This document shows positions 7,954 to 17,671 of a DNA stretch of 64,000 nucleotides, piece after piece (position 1 is the first letter of the stretch; every line of letters starts with the position of its first letter). A program made the translations under genes and the position numbers. The stretch is taken from positions 3,933 through 67,932 of the forward strand of contig CAYOSQ010000008.1 of NCBI GenBank assembly GCA_964406665.1. Reading direction: 5' to 3'. The notes below the pieces were generated by a model. The model searched no databases. It saw only the letters and a list, made by a program, of their open reading frames with translations, and was not told the DNA's origin. The stretch comes from an uncultured Planctomycetia bacterium. GTDB taxonomy: Bacteria > Omnitrophota > Gorgyraeia > VGKH01 > JBHPFN01.

Positions 7954-8691
7954 ATGATAAAAGCAAAAGTACATTCTATAGAGACATTTGGTACTCAAGA
8001 AGGCCCAGGGATTCGTTTTCTCTTGTTTTTGCAGGGTTGTCTGGCAAGATGTCTTTATTGCCAGAATCCAGATACCTGGGAAATGGAATCTGACCTTGAA
8101 ATGGATGCCCAGGAAATATCTGATAGGCTCAGAAGATGCCTGCCTTATATAGAGTCTTCCTCAGGAGGAATTACTGTTTCAGGGGGAGAGCCACTTTTGC
8201 AGATTGATTTTCTTATTGAGCTGTTTAATATTTGCAGAAAAGAAAAGATACATACAGCAATAGATACCAGTGCTTTTTATGATAAAAAAGATAGTTTAAA
8301 GCTTGATAAGCTGATTGATATTACTGATCTTTTTATAGTGGATATTAAGGCTGCATCAGAGGAAATGCATAAAAAGATTACATCTAGAGAGCTTGAGCAG
8401 ACAAGGGATTTCTTAAATACACTGGAAAACAAGAAAAAACCTTTCTGGATTAGATATGTGCTTGTTCCCGGGCTTAATGATTCTTCAGAAGATATAATCG
8501 GGCTTAAGCAGATGCTTTCTCAGTTTACTTTCTGCCAAAAATTTGAATTTCTACCTTATCACACTTTGGGTAAACATAAATGGAAGCTTATGGGGTTGGA
8601 TTATTCTTTAAATAACACTTCGACAGCTACCTCTGAAGATGTCAAAAAGGCTGAGCAAATTCTAGGTGAAATCGTATATTCTCAAGCTTAA
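7954..8691 (+). CDS. pflA: PFL-activating enzyme (radical SAM)
   Basis: GPGIR, CLARCLYCQNPDTW, SGGEPLLQ, LPYHTLG; adjacent to pflB. Confidence 0.96.
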   Translation: MIKAKVHSIETFGTQEGPGIRFLLFLQGCLARCLYCQNPDTWEMESDLEMDAQEISDRLRRCLPYIESSSGGITVSGGEPLLQIDFLIELFNICRKEKIHTAIDTSAFYDKKDSLKLDKLIDITDLFIVDIKAASEEMHKKITSRELEQTRDFLNTLENKKKPFWIRYVLVPGLNDSSEDIIGLKQMLSQFTFCQKFEFLPYHTLGKHKWKLMGLDYSLNNTSTATSEDVKKAEQILGEIVYSQA

Positions 8692-8698
8692 CTATCGA

Positions 8699-8727
8699 TT
8701 GACTAATCTTCAATAATCTATTATAAT
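8699..8727 (+). promoter_or_regulatory. sigma70-type promoter for the trxA-pta-ackA operon
   Basis: TTGACT(8699-8704)-N17-TATAAT(8722-8727). Confidence 0.75.
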
Positions 8728-8859
8728 CTAACACATCTACCAGGTAGGCTTTTAGTAGAAAACTGTATATTTCAACGGGTTGGGAATCTGGGAGTCTAGA
8801 ATTTTATTTCCAAGCACCAACATAATTATTCAGCAAAAGCATTAAACGAAGGGAGTAAG

Positions 8860-9180
8860 ATGGCTTTAGTTTCAGTTACGGACAAAAATTTTGATAGCGA
8901 GGTATTATCTTCAAAAGAGCCGGTTTTAGTAGATTTTCACGCTCAATGGTGTGGACCTTGTAAAATGATCGCACCTATAATTGAACAAATTGCCGGAGAA
9001 TATGACGGTAAGATAAAGGTAGCAAAACTAGATATAGATGAAGGTCAAAGCGTTGCATCAAAATATGCTATTATGTCAGTTCCTACATTAATGTTATTTA
9101 AAGATGGTAATGTTATAGATCAGGTATCAGGGGCATTAAATAAAGAACAACTTAAAGCAAAGATTGATCCACACGTATAA
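8860..9180 (+). CDS. trxA: thioredoxin
   Basis: WCGPC motif, cis-Pro in SVPT, 106 aa. Confidence 0.97.
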   Translation: MALVSVTDKNFDSEVLSSKEPVLVDFHAQWCGPCKMIAPIIEQIAGEYDGKIKVAKLDIDEGQSVASKYAIMSVPTLMLFKDGNVIDQVSGALNKEQLKAKIDPHV

Positions 9181-10289
9181 TGGGAACAAAAAGAGTATTT
9201 ATTGCAGCTACAAGTCAAAACGACGGAAAAACAACAGTTTCCCTGGGGTTGATTTGTAATCTTCGGGAGCAGTTTAATAATATCGGATTTATTAAACCTA
9301 TTGGTCAAAGATACCTTGAAGAACACGGTCTTAAGGTTGATGAAGATTCTGTTTTAATAGAGAAATCTCTGGAGGCCTGCGGCACACAGTGTGGGTTGAA
9401 AGATATGAGTCCGGTGGCTGTTGAGCGTGGGTTTACTGAAAAATATATTAATGAACCGGATAAGCAAGAAATTACAGATCATATTATCGAATCATTCAAT
9501 CGTGTTGCAGATAAAAAAGATTTAGTTATCATTGAGGGCACCGGACATGCTGGAGTAGGAAGTGTATTCGATCATTCTAATGCTCAGGTGGCAAAACTTT
9601 TAGGTTCAAAAGTAATTTTGATTTCTTCAGGAGGTGTGGGTAGACCAATAGATGAAATTATGCTTAACAAAGCGCTGTTCGATAAAATGGGTGTTGAGTT
9701 ATTAGGTGTTATACTTAATAAAGTACGCTTGGAGAAGTTTGATAAAGTTGATAAGTTAATTAGAAAAGGATTAAAAAGCAGAGGAATTAATGTCTTAGGC
9801 GTTATGCCATTTTATCCGATGCTTACAGCGCCGACAATAAAACAAATTATAGAAGAAACATCTTTTGAGGTTGTCTCAGGAGAGGAGCATTTAGATTCAC
9901 CGACATTGAAGATTATTGTAGGTGCGATGGAGCCCCATAACGCTTTGAATTATTTTAGTGATCACAGCTTGGTTATTACTCCTGGAGACAGAGAAGATAT
10001 TATTACAACAACTTTAAGTCAGCATTTAGCAAAGGAAAAAAACGAGGGGGGAGTTTTTGTTTCTGGGATTATTCTTACAGGTGGAATTAGACCTCATCCG
10101 GCAATAATGAAGATTATTGAGAAATCTAGGATTCCTTTACTTTTAGCTAAGCAAGATACTTATACAGTAGCTTCGATGGTGCATGATTTGACTGTTAAGG
10201 TCCGCCCCGAAGATAAAGAAAAAATTGATAAAATTATAAAGATGGTAAAAGGTTTTGTAGATATCGATACTATTATTGAAAATATGTGA
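9180..10289 (+). CDS. BioD-like P-loop + DRTGG protein (stand-alone equivalent of the class II Pta N-terminus)
   Basis: QNDGKTT Walker A, IKPIG, IIEGTG, ITPGDREDI...LTGG. Confidence 0.85.
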   Translation: MGTKRVFIAATSQNDGKTTVSLGLICNLREQFNNIGFIKPIGQRYLEEHGLKVDEDSVLIEKSLEACGTQCGLKDMSPVAVERGFTEKYINEPDKQEITDHIIESFNRVADKKDLVIIEGTGHAGVGSVFDHSNAQVAKLLGSKVILISSGGVGRPIDEIMLNKALFDKMGVELLGVILNKVRLEKFDKVDKLIRKGLKSRGINVLGVMPFYPMLTAPTIKQIIEETSFEVVSGEEHLDSPTLKIIVGAMEPHNALNYFSDHSLVITPGDREDIITTTLSQHLAKEKNEGGVFVSGIILTGGIRPHPAIMKIIEKSRIPLLLAKQDTYTVASMVHDLTVKVRPEDKEKIDKIIKMVKGFVDIDTIIENM

Positions 10290-10295
10290 GGTATT

Positions 10296-11249
10296 ATGGA
10301 AAATATTATTAATGGATTTAGAGATAAGGCTAAGCAGGATTTAAAGACAATAATTTTGCCTGAAGGAAATGATGAAAGAATACAGAAGGCTGCTGAAATT
10401 ATCGAGAAAGAAAAGATTGCAAAAGTAATTTTGGTTGATGAAAAGAAACTTGATTCAGAGAAAGTAAAAAAGTTTGCTGAAGTTTTTTATCTTCTTAGAA
10501 AAGCCAGAGGGATTTCTATGGAAGATGCACAAAAGCAGGTTTCGGATCCGCTTTATTACGGGGCGATGATGAATCGGATGGATTTTGCTGATGGATTTGT
10601 TGCCGGAGCTGCAAGCACTACCTCAAATGTTGCCCGTGCTGCTTTTCGCTGCATTGGGCTTGATAGCCGTCTGAGAACTTTTTCCAGTTCTTTTATTATG
10701 GTAGTTCCTGATTGCGATGATGGTGAGTCTGGAATATTGGTTTTTGCAGATTGTGGGATTATGCCACAGCCAACCGCACAAGAACTTGCTCACATAGCTG
10801 TTGCAACGGCCGAGTTAACCGAACAGGTTTTAGGGATTACACCTCGTGTTGCAATGCTTAGTTTTTCTAGTAAGGGTTCGGCAAGGGGAAGCATGGTTGA
10901 AAAAGTTGCCGAAGCAACAAGATTGACAAAGACTCTTAATCCAGATTTGATTGTTGATGGTGAGATTCAGCTAGATACCGCAATTGTTCCTGAGGTTGCT
11001 GAAATAAAAAATCCCGATGGAGTTATTAAGGGCGATGCAAATGTTTTAATTTTCCCGGATTTAAATTCTGGAAATATTGGATATAAACTTATAGATAGAC
11101 TTGCTAAAGCTAGAGCAGTCGGTCCTTTACTTCAGGGATTAAATAAACCCTGCAGTGATTTATCACGTGGGTGCAGCGTTGACGATATAATTGATTGTGT
11201 TGCAATTACGGCAATAAGAGCGCAGAAACATCATGAAGAAAAAAAATAA
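10296..11249 (+). CDS. pta: phosphate acetyltransferase (catalytic, class I size)
   Basis: ILPEGNDER, FADCG, DGEIQLDTA, FPDLNSGNIGYK, DLSRGCS. Confidence 0.95.
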   Translation: MENIINGFRDKAKQDLKTIILPEGNDERIQKAAEIIEKEKIAKVILVDEKKLDSEKVKKFAEVFYLLRKARGISMEDAQKQVSDPLYYGAMMNRMDFADGFVAGAASTTSNVARAAFRCIGLDSRLRTFSSSFIMVVPDCDDGESGILVFADCGIMPQPTAQELAHIAVATAELTEQVLGITPRVAMLSFSSKGSARGSMVEKVAEATRLTKTLNPDLIVDGEIQLDTAIVPEVAEIKNPDGVIKGDANVLIFPDLNSGNIGYKLIDRLAKARAVGPLLQGLNKPCSDLSRGCSVDDIIDCVAITAIRAQKHHEEKK

Positions 11250-12303
11250 CCAGGTAATTCTGGTAATAAATAGCGGAAGCTCATCGATTAAATACCAGCT
11301 TTTTCTTATGCCTGGAGAAAGAATTCTGGATAAGGGTTCGATAAATCGTATCGGGGAACCCGGAAGCAAAATAAGAAGTCATCAAGAGGCCCTGGCAACA
11401 ATATTAAATAGCGTTTCAGATATTGATGCTGTGGGACACCGAGTTGTACATGGGGCAGAAAGATTTCAAGAATCAATTTTAATTAATAATTCAGTAATCA
11501 AAAAAATAAAAGATTGTTGCCGGCTTGCTCCATTACATAATCCTGCGAATTTAGCCGGCATACGAGAATGTAAGCTTATGCTTCCTCAGATACCACAGGT
11601 AGCTGTATTCGATACTGCTTTTCATCAAACCATGCCGGATTATGCGTATACTTATGGATTACCCTATAGCTTCTATAGAAGACACGGAATTAGAAGGTAT
11701 GGTTTTCATGGAACAAGCCATGAATATGTTGCTAAAGAAGCAGCAAAAATATTGAAAAAACCGTTAAAAAAACTAAGACTGATTACATGCCACTTAGGAA
11801 ATGGTTGTAGTATGGCAGCAATAGAATTCGGTAAATGCGTAGATACAACTATGGGGCTTACGCCTTTGGAAGGTTTATTGATGGGAACGAGAACCGGTGA
11901 TATGGATCCTGCCATTGCCACATTTTTGCAGAAGCAGTTTGACTTAAGCCCAACAAAAGTTGAACAAATTTTCAATAAAAAAAGCGGTTTAGCAGGAATT
12001 TCAGGAATTAGCAATGATATGCGCTTAATCGAGAAGGCTGCTAAAAAAGGCAATGTTAGAGCAAAGTTAGCAATTAATATTTTTGTCTACAGGATCAGAA
12101 AATATATCGGAAGCTATTGTGCAGTATTAGGTGGTGTTGACGCAGTTATTTTCACAGCCGGCATTGGAGAAAATCAGTCAGGTATTGTTAAGAAGACCTA
12201 CGAAAATTTGTTTTCATATTTTAAGAAAAAACCTAAAGTGTTGATTGTTCCAACCAACGAAGAGCTCATGATCGCTCGGAAGACGTACAGAATAATCACT
12301 TAG
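11233..12303 (+). CDS. ackA: acetate kinase
   Basis: INSGSSSIK, GHRVVHG, PLHNP, DTAFH, HLGNG, GIGEN, TNEE. Confidence 0.96.
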   Translation: MKKKNNQVILVINSGSSSIKYQLFLMPGERILDKGSINRIGEPGSKIRSHQEALATILNSVSDIDAVGHRVVHGAERFQESILINNSVIKKIKDCCRLAPLHNPANLAGIRECKLMLPQIPQVAVFDTAFHQTMPDYAYTYGLPYSFYRRHGIRRYGFHGTSHEYVAKEAAKILKKPLKKLRLITCHLGNGCSMAAIEFGKCVDTTMGLTPLEGLLMGTRTGDMDPAIATFLQKQFDLSPTKVEQIFNKKSGLAGISGISNDMRLIEKAAKKGNVRAKLAINIFVYRIRKYIGSYCAVLGGVDAVIFTAGIGENQSGIVKKTYENLFSYFKKKPKVLIVPTNEELMIARKTYRIIT

Positions 12304-12322
12304 TTTTTTATAGTGAATAGAT

Positions 12323-12832
12323 ATGAATAGAAAAGCGGTTATGGTCATAGCAAATAACGGATTCAGGGATGAAGAGTTCCAGATTCCTAAGTTTATCTTG
12401 GAAGAGAATGGTTTAGAGGTTACTGTTGCATCTTCAAAACTTTCTTTGGCCAAGGGCGTATTGGGAGCACAGGTAATGCCGGATATTCTTGTTGATGACG
12501 TTAATCCAGAAGATTACGATGCGGTAATATTTGTTGGAGGTGCGGGTTCACGCGAGTATTGGGATAATGACGCAGCTCACAAAATCATAAATGCAGCAAA
12601 CAACTCGAAAAAAATAATCGGCGCTATTTGCATTGCTCCGATGATATTAGCAAATGCTGGTGTTTTAGAAGGGAAAAAGGCAACGATATGGCATACAGAG
12701 GCTCCTATGTTTAAATCTAAAGGAGTATCCTGTACTGTTAATCCCTTGGAAAGGGACGGGAATATTATTACTCCAAACGGACCAAACTCTGCTTCGAAAT
12801 TTGCAGAGTCATTAGTGGAGGCGATTAAATAA
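12323..12832 (+). CDS. DJ-1/PfpI family protein
   Basis: FRDEE, FVGGAG, AICIAP nucleophile-elbow Cys. Confidence 0.9.
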   Translation: MNRKAVMVIANNGFRDEEFQIPKFILEENGLEVTVASSKLSLAKGVLGAQVMPDILVDDVNPEDYDAVIFVGGAGSREYWDNDAAHKIINAANNSKKIIGAICIAPMILANAGVLEGKKATIWHTEAPMFKSKGVSCTVNPLERDGNIITPNGPNSASKFAESLVEAIK

Positions 12833-12833
12833 A

Positions 12834-13184
12834 ATGTTAAGAACAATTTGTAAATCCAAGATTGCACACGTAAGAGTTACTGAAGCAGAATTAAGATATG
12901 AAGGAAGTATAACCATTGATGGCACACTTTTAGATGCAGCTGATATAATCGCAGGTGAAAAGGTAGAGGTGCTTAATTTAAACAACGGTTCTCGCGTTGA
13001 AACATATGCAATCAGGGGAAAAGAGAATTCTGGAGTAGTATGTCTTAACGGGCCGGCTGCTCGTTCAGGCTGCGTTGGTGATGAGCTTATTATTCTTGCT
13101 TATTGTCTAGCAGACGACAAGGAAGCTAAAAATATAAAAACAAAGATAGTTTTTTCCGATGAAAGAAACAAAATCAGAAGTTAG
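12834..13184 (+). CDS. panD: aspartate 1-decarboxylase proenzyme
   Basis: KSKI, YEG|SITID pyruvoyl cleavage site, ETYAI, NGPAAR. Confidence 0.93.
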   Translation: MLRTICKSKIAHVRVTEAELRYEGSITIDGTLLDAADIIAGEKVEVLNLNNGSRVETYAIRGKENSGVVCLNGPAARSGCVGDELIILAYCLADDKEAKNIKTKIVFSDERNKIRS

Positions 13185-13674
13185 GCTTTACGGGGATCCT
13201 GTTTTACGTAAAAGAGCTAAGCCGGTAAAATCTGTAACAGGCAAAGAAAAGAAGCTCTTTGACAAGATGCTTGAGATTATGCATAAAGAAGGTGGTATCG
13301 GCCTGGCTGCACCACAGGTTGGGGTTGATAGGCAGCTTCTCGTTGTAGAAGTTGGAGATACATTGTTGATGGTGGCTGATCCAAAGATAACAAAAATGGA
13401 AGATAGCGATGTTATGGAAGAAGGATGTTTGAGCTTTCCGGAAGTTGCGGTTAAAATTAAGCGCCCAAAAAAAATTGCAGTTACATTCTTAAATCAAAAT
13501 AATTGCAAGGTTAAGCTTGAAGTTGATGACATAATAGCTAGAGCTATGCAGCATGAAATTGATCACTTGAAAGGAAAGCTGATTATTGATTATGCTAATT
13601 TTGCCGAAAAGTTGCGTCTTAAAAATAAACTTGATAATATTAGAAGAAACTCAAAGAAGGTAAAAAAATCATGA
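13159..13674 (+). CDS. def: peptide deformylase
   Basis: [13 protein letters not shown] and QHEIDH motifs. Confidence 0.96.
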   Translation: MKETKSEVRLYGDPVLRKRAKPVKSVTGKEKKLFDKMLEIMHKEGGIGLAAPQVGVDRQLLVVEVGDTLLMVADPKITKMEDSDVMEEGCLSFPEVAVKIKRPKKIAVTFLNQNNCKVKLEVDDIIARAMQHEIDHLKGKLIIDYANFAEKLRLKNKLDNIRRNSKKVKKS

Positions 13675-13871
13675 GTGAATGCAATAACAAGGAAGATAAT
13701 CTAAAAAATTGTAATTGTACTTATGAGCCGTGTTCCAGAAAAGGTATATGTTGTGAATGTCTAGCATATCACAGAAGAAACTCAGAGCTTCCCGCCTGTT
13801 ATTTCTCTGCAGATGTTGAGAGAACATATGACCGCTCTATCAATAATTTTTTAAAACACTGTAATAAATAA
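13671..13871 (+). CDS. small Cys-rich protein (DUF6485-like)
   Basis: [21 protein letters not shown]...LPACYF; overlaps the def stop and the lipA start. Confidence 0.75.
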   Translation: MSECNNKEDNLKNCNCTYEPCSRKGICCECLAYHRRNSELPACYFSADVERTYDRSINNFLKHCNK

Positions 13872-14728
13872 TGAACAAGCTGTCGTATTGGTTTAAGAAA
13901 AATATACCTTTAGATAATGGTGTAAGTTCAAGGTTGAAGCAGTTTAAAGAGCTAAATATAAATACGGTTTGTGAAAGTGCACATTGTCCTAATATAGTTG
14001 AGTGTTTTGATAAAAATAGGGCAACTTTTATGATATTAGGAGATAGCTGTAGCCGTAATTGCAGTTTCTGTGCTGTTGAAACGGGAGATTTAAAAGAAGT
14101 TGATTCATTTGAGCCAGAGAATATTGCCAAGGCGATTAAGGATTTAGGTCTGACTCATGCTGTAATTACTTCTGTTACCAGGGATGATCTGGATGATTTT
14201 GGTGCGTCCCAATTTGCTTTAACAGTACAAGAAATACGCAAGTATAATCCCGAAGTAATTATTGAAACGCTGATTCCAGATTTCAATGGTTATGAAAAAA
14301 GCATTTCAGTTGTAGTCGGATCTAAGCCGGACATAGTTGGTCATAATCTGGAAACAGTTGAAAGACTGTATAATAAAATACGCCCAGAAGCTAATTATAA
14401 ACAGTCCCTTAAGGTATTAAAAATGATAAAAGATTTAAACAGTAATATATTTACAAAATCCGGAATCATGCTTGGCTTAGGTGAAAATATTGAAGAGATA
14501 ATTAAGGCTATGAATGATTTAAGAAAAGTAAATTGCGATATATTAACTTTAGGTCAATATCTTGCACCTTCAGAAAATCATTATAAAGTGGATAGATTTG
14601 TTGTACCCGAGGAGTTTGAGGCTTTAAAAGATAAGGCTATATCTTTAGGTTTTAAATCAGTTGCTTCAGGGCCTTGGGTACGCAGTTCTTATTTTGCACA
14701 GGAGATATTTAAAGAATGTACGACGTAA
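13871..14728 (+). CDS. lipA: lipoyl synthase
   Basis: CESAHCPNIVEC (CX4CX5C), CSRNCSFC, RSSY. Confidence 0.95.
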   Translation: MNKLSYWFKKNIPLDNGVSSRLKQFKELNINTVCESAHCPNIVECFDKNRATFMILGDSCSRNCSFCAVETGDLKEVDSFEPENIAKAIKDLGLTHAVITSVTRDDLDDFGASQFALTVQEIRKYNPEVIIETLIPDFNGYEKSISVVVGSKPDIVGHNLETVERLYNKIRPEANYKQSLKVLKMIKDLNSNIFTKSGIMLGLGENIEEIIKAMNDLRKVNCDILTLGQYLAPSENHYKVDRFVVPEEFEALKDKAISLGFKSVASGPWVRSSYFAQEIFKECTT

Positions 14729-15630
14729 TTATAATAGGCGCAGGTCCAGCCGGTTTGACTGCTGCTCTTTATGCCGGCAGATCAAGACTAAAAACAAAGA
14801 TTATCGATAAGATGCTTCCCGGTGGTCAGATGTTGTTAACTGAGAAAATTGATAATTTTCCCGGTTTTCCCGGCGGCGTTGAGGTTAACGCCTTTATACA
14901 AAATTTAGTTGAACAGATTAAAGAGCTGGATATCGTAGTTGATAATGCTGAAATAAACGAAATTACCAAAGGCAATAATTTTATTATAAAAACTACAGGT
15001 GGAGAAACATTCGAAACAAAAACAATTATAATTGCAACCGGTGCACAGTATAAGAAACTGGGAATTCCTGGAGAAGACAAGTTATCAGCTAGGGGAGTTA
15101 GCTATTGTGCTATATGCGATGGGCCGTTGTTTAAGAATAAAGATGTTGTAGTAATTGGTGGAGGTAATGCTGCGGTTGAAGAAGCTTTAACTCTAGAAAG
15201 ATTCGCAAATAAAGTAACTCTTATTCACCGCAGAGATGAACTTAGGGCTGTTAAAGTATTGCAGGAAAGATTGTCTAAGCATAAAAAAATTAGTGTACTT
15301 TGGGATTCTATCCCTCTAGAATTTATTGGAGAAAATAAACTAGATGCTGTTAAAGTTAAAAATGTAAAAACTAACGAAGAGAGTATTCTTGATATTCAAG
15401 GTGCATTTGTCTCCATAGGGTTTATTCCTACTACAAGTTTTTTAAAAACACTTGTAAAATTAGATGAAAGCGGTTATATTGTTACGGATGATAATACTGC
15501 AACTTCTGTAAAAGGGATTTTTTCTTGCGGAGATTGCAGAAAGAAAAGTTTGCGCCAGGTAGTTACAGCTTGTGGGGATGGGGCAAGTGCTGCCTATTCA
15601 GCTTTTAGATTTTTAGAAAGTATGATATAA
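14716..15630 (+). CDS. trxB: thioredoxin-disulfide reductase
   Basis: GAGPAG, CAICDG, GGGNAA, HRRD. Confidence 0.96.
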   Translation: MYDVIIIGAGPAGLTAALYAGRSRLKTKIIDKMLPGGQMLLTEKIDNFPGFPGGVEVNAFIQNLVEQIKELDIVVDNAEINEITKGNNFIIKTTGGETFETKTIIIATGAQYKKLGIPGEDKLSARGVSYCAICDGPLFKNKDVVVIGGGNAAVEEALTLERFANKVTLIHRRDELRAVKVLQERLSKHKKISVLWDSIPLEFIGENKLDAVKVKNVKTNEESILDIQGAFVSIGFIPTTSFLKTLVKLDESGYIVTDDNTATSVKGIFSCGDCRKKSLRQVVTACGDGASAAYSAFRFLESMI

Positions 15631-15682
15631 GATAAAATAAACCATAAGGATAAAATTAACCCACAGAAAATGAAGGAGCAAG

Positions 15683-17566
15683 ATGACAATGAATTATCTT
15701 AAAGAGCTACAATCTAAATTAAGTGAAAATGATTACAAGAAGTTGTGTGCAATAGACAATCCTCAAGTTCATCAGTTTATTGCTGAGTCGGCACAGCTGT
15801 GTACTCCAGAGAAAATCTTTATCTGCAGCGATGCTCCCGAAGATATTGCGTATGTGCGTCAGCAGGTACTGGACAATAATGAGGAAAAGCCTCTCACCAT
15901 CTCAGGACACACCTATCACTTTGATGGTATCACGGATCAAGGTCGAGATCGCAAGGCAACCAAGTATCTTGTACCTAAGAATGATTCTTTAAGTAAATCC
16001 TTAAATCAGATTGAACGGGAGGAAGGCTTGGCAGAGGTTAAAGGATTTCTTGAAAAGTCTATGCAGGGCAGGACAATGATTGTGCGCTTTCTTTCATTAG
16101 GGCCAACTAACTCTGTGTTTAGTATTCCTTGTTTACAATGTACGGATTCTTGGTATGTAGCTCACAGTAAAGACCTTTTGTATCGACCTGCATATGAGAT
16201 GTTTTGTCAGGGAAAAACAGGCGCTGAGCTCTTTCGTATTCTGCATTCCGCAGGAAAGATGGATGAAAATATTGTTAGCATTGAGATAGAAAAGAAACGC
16301 ATTTATATTGACCATACTCAAGATACCATTTACAGCGTTAATACTCAATATGCAGGTAATACTATTGGTTTAAAAAAGTTGGCATTGCGTCTGACTATCC
16401 GAAAAGCAGACAGAGAGGGATGGCTTGCTGAACATATGCTTTTAATGGGTATCAATGGTCCTAATAACCGAAAGACCTATTTAGCAGGTGCTTTTCCTAG
16501 TGCCTGCGGTAAAACCTCTACTGCAATGCTTCCTGGTGAAACGATCCTCGGAGATGATATTGCCTATTTTCGCAACATTGATGGTCAGATCAGAGCGGTA
16601 AATGCAGAGGCTGGAATTTTTGGGATTATTCAGAATGTTAATCCTGAGGATGATCCGGTTATCCACGAAGTTCTTACAACTCCCGGAGAGGTTATTTTCT
16701 CTAATATATTAGTGAAAGATGGTAAGCCTTATTGGTTAGGTATGAGTGGAGAAATGCCCAAAGATGGTGTTAATTTTTCAGGATCTTGGCACGAAGGTAA
16801 GACTGATGATAAAGGCAATAAGATTTTACCTGCTCATAAAAATGCCCGTTATGCTGTTACACTCAAGGCGTTAAGTAATGTAGATCCTGAGTTTAATAAT
16901 CCTAAGGGTGTAAAGCTTTCCGGTATTATGTATGGGGGTAGAGATGCAAAAGGTTACGTGCCGGTGCAGCAGGGATTTAGTTGGGAGCATGGTATTATTG
17001 CCTACGGTGCTTGTTTGGAGACTGAAACTACCTTTGCTACTATTGGTAAAGAAGGTGTGCCGGAGATAAATCTTATGAGTATACAGGATTTTATTGCAAT
17101 TTCTTTAGCCAAATATATAGATAATAATTTAGAGTTTGGGAGAAAAGTTAAGACACCGCCGCTTGTATTCGGTGTTAACTATTTTCTTCGAGATAAAGAA
17201 GGGAAATTCTTAAACGGTGTGCAGGATAAGCATGTGTGGGTGAAGTGGATGGAACTACGTGTGCATGGCGACGTCGATGCGATACAGTGCCCGACGGGTT
17301 TAATTCCTAAATATGATGATTTACGCATGCTCTTTGGGCAGGTCTTAAACAAGGAATATGCGCAAGAGGATTACGTAAAGCAATTCACTGTTCGCGTTCC
17401 TGAGAATTTAGCCAAGCTTGATAGGGTAGAGAAATTCCACCGGGAAGAAGTTGTTGCGCCAGAAATAGTCTTTGAAGTACTCAGCCAGCAGCGGGAACGC
17501 TTGCTGAAAGCACGTAAGCAATTTGGTGACTATATTTCACCAATACAGCTCGATAGTTCCGGATAA
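15683..17566 (+). CDS. pckG: phosphoenolpyruvate carboxykinase (GTP), subtype resembling the archaeal enzymes
   Basis: YAGN, KKLALR, WLAEHM, FPSACGKTS, GDDIAY, HKNARY; higher GC than its neighbours. Confidence 0.95.
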   Translation: MTMNYLKELQSKLSENDYKKLCAIDNPQVHQFIAESAQLCTPEKIFICSDAPEDIAYVRQQVLDNNEEKPLTISGHTYHFDGITDQGRDRKATKYLVPKNDSLSKSLNQIEREEGLAEVKGFLEKSMQGRTMIVRFLSLGPTNSVFSIPCLQCTDSWYVAHSKDLLYRPAYEMFCQGKTGAELFRILHSAGKMDENIVSIEIEKKRIYIDHTQDTIYSVNTQYAGNTIGLKKLALRLTIRKADREGWLAEHMLLMGINGPNNRKTYLAGAFPSACGKTSTAMLPGETILGDDIAYFRNIDGQIRAVNAEAGIFGIIQNVNPEDDPVIHEVLTTPGEVIFSNILVKDGKPYWLGMSGEMPKDGVNFSGSWHEGKTDDKGNKILPAHKNARYAVTLKALSNVDPEFNNPKGVKLSGIMYGGRDAKGYVPVQQGFSWEHGIIAYGACLETETTFATIGKEGVPEINLMSIQDFIAISLAKYIDNNLEFGRKVKTPPLVFGVNYFLRDKEGKFLNGVQDKHVWVKWMELRVHGDVDAIQCPTGLIPKYDDLRMLFGQVLNKEYAQEDYVKQFTVRVPENLAKLDRVEKFHREEVVAPEIVFEVLSQQRERLLKARKQFGDYISPIQLDSSG

Positions 17567-17580
17567 CAATAAAGCCAAGT

Positions 17581-17655
17581 CAATTTGGAGATGATTTGCC
17601 AAAAGAGATTTCTGATGAGCTTAAAGCATTAAAACAGCGGTTGGAAAAATCATAA
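17581..17655 (+). pseudogene. 3' remnant of a different (canonical bacterial-type) GTP-PEPCK gene
   Basis: Intergenic DNA translates QFGDDLPKEISDELKALKQRLEKS*, matching the FGDxLPxExxxELxALxxRL C-terminus of typical GTP-PEPCKs. Confidence 0.7.
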
Positions 17656-17671
17656 AGCTCTACTTAGCATA

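Noticed and set aside
8734-8859. 6S or SRP RNA
   Set aside because: Too short and weakly paired for 6S, no SRP GGAA-tetraloop domain, and no terminator before trxA.
10287-10289. UGA as a selenocysteine codon
   Set aside because: The position is an interdomain junction rather than a Cys site, and no SECIS-like hairpin is visible downstream.
15629-15665. Short direct repeat gataaaat(t)aacc(c)a upstream of pckG as an insertion scar
   Set aside because: Very AT-rich and imperfect, so it could be chance; not used as evidence for the displacement.
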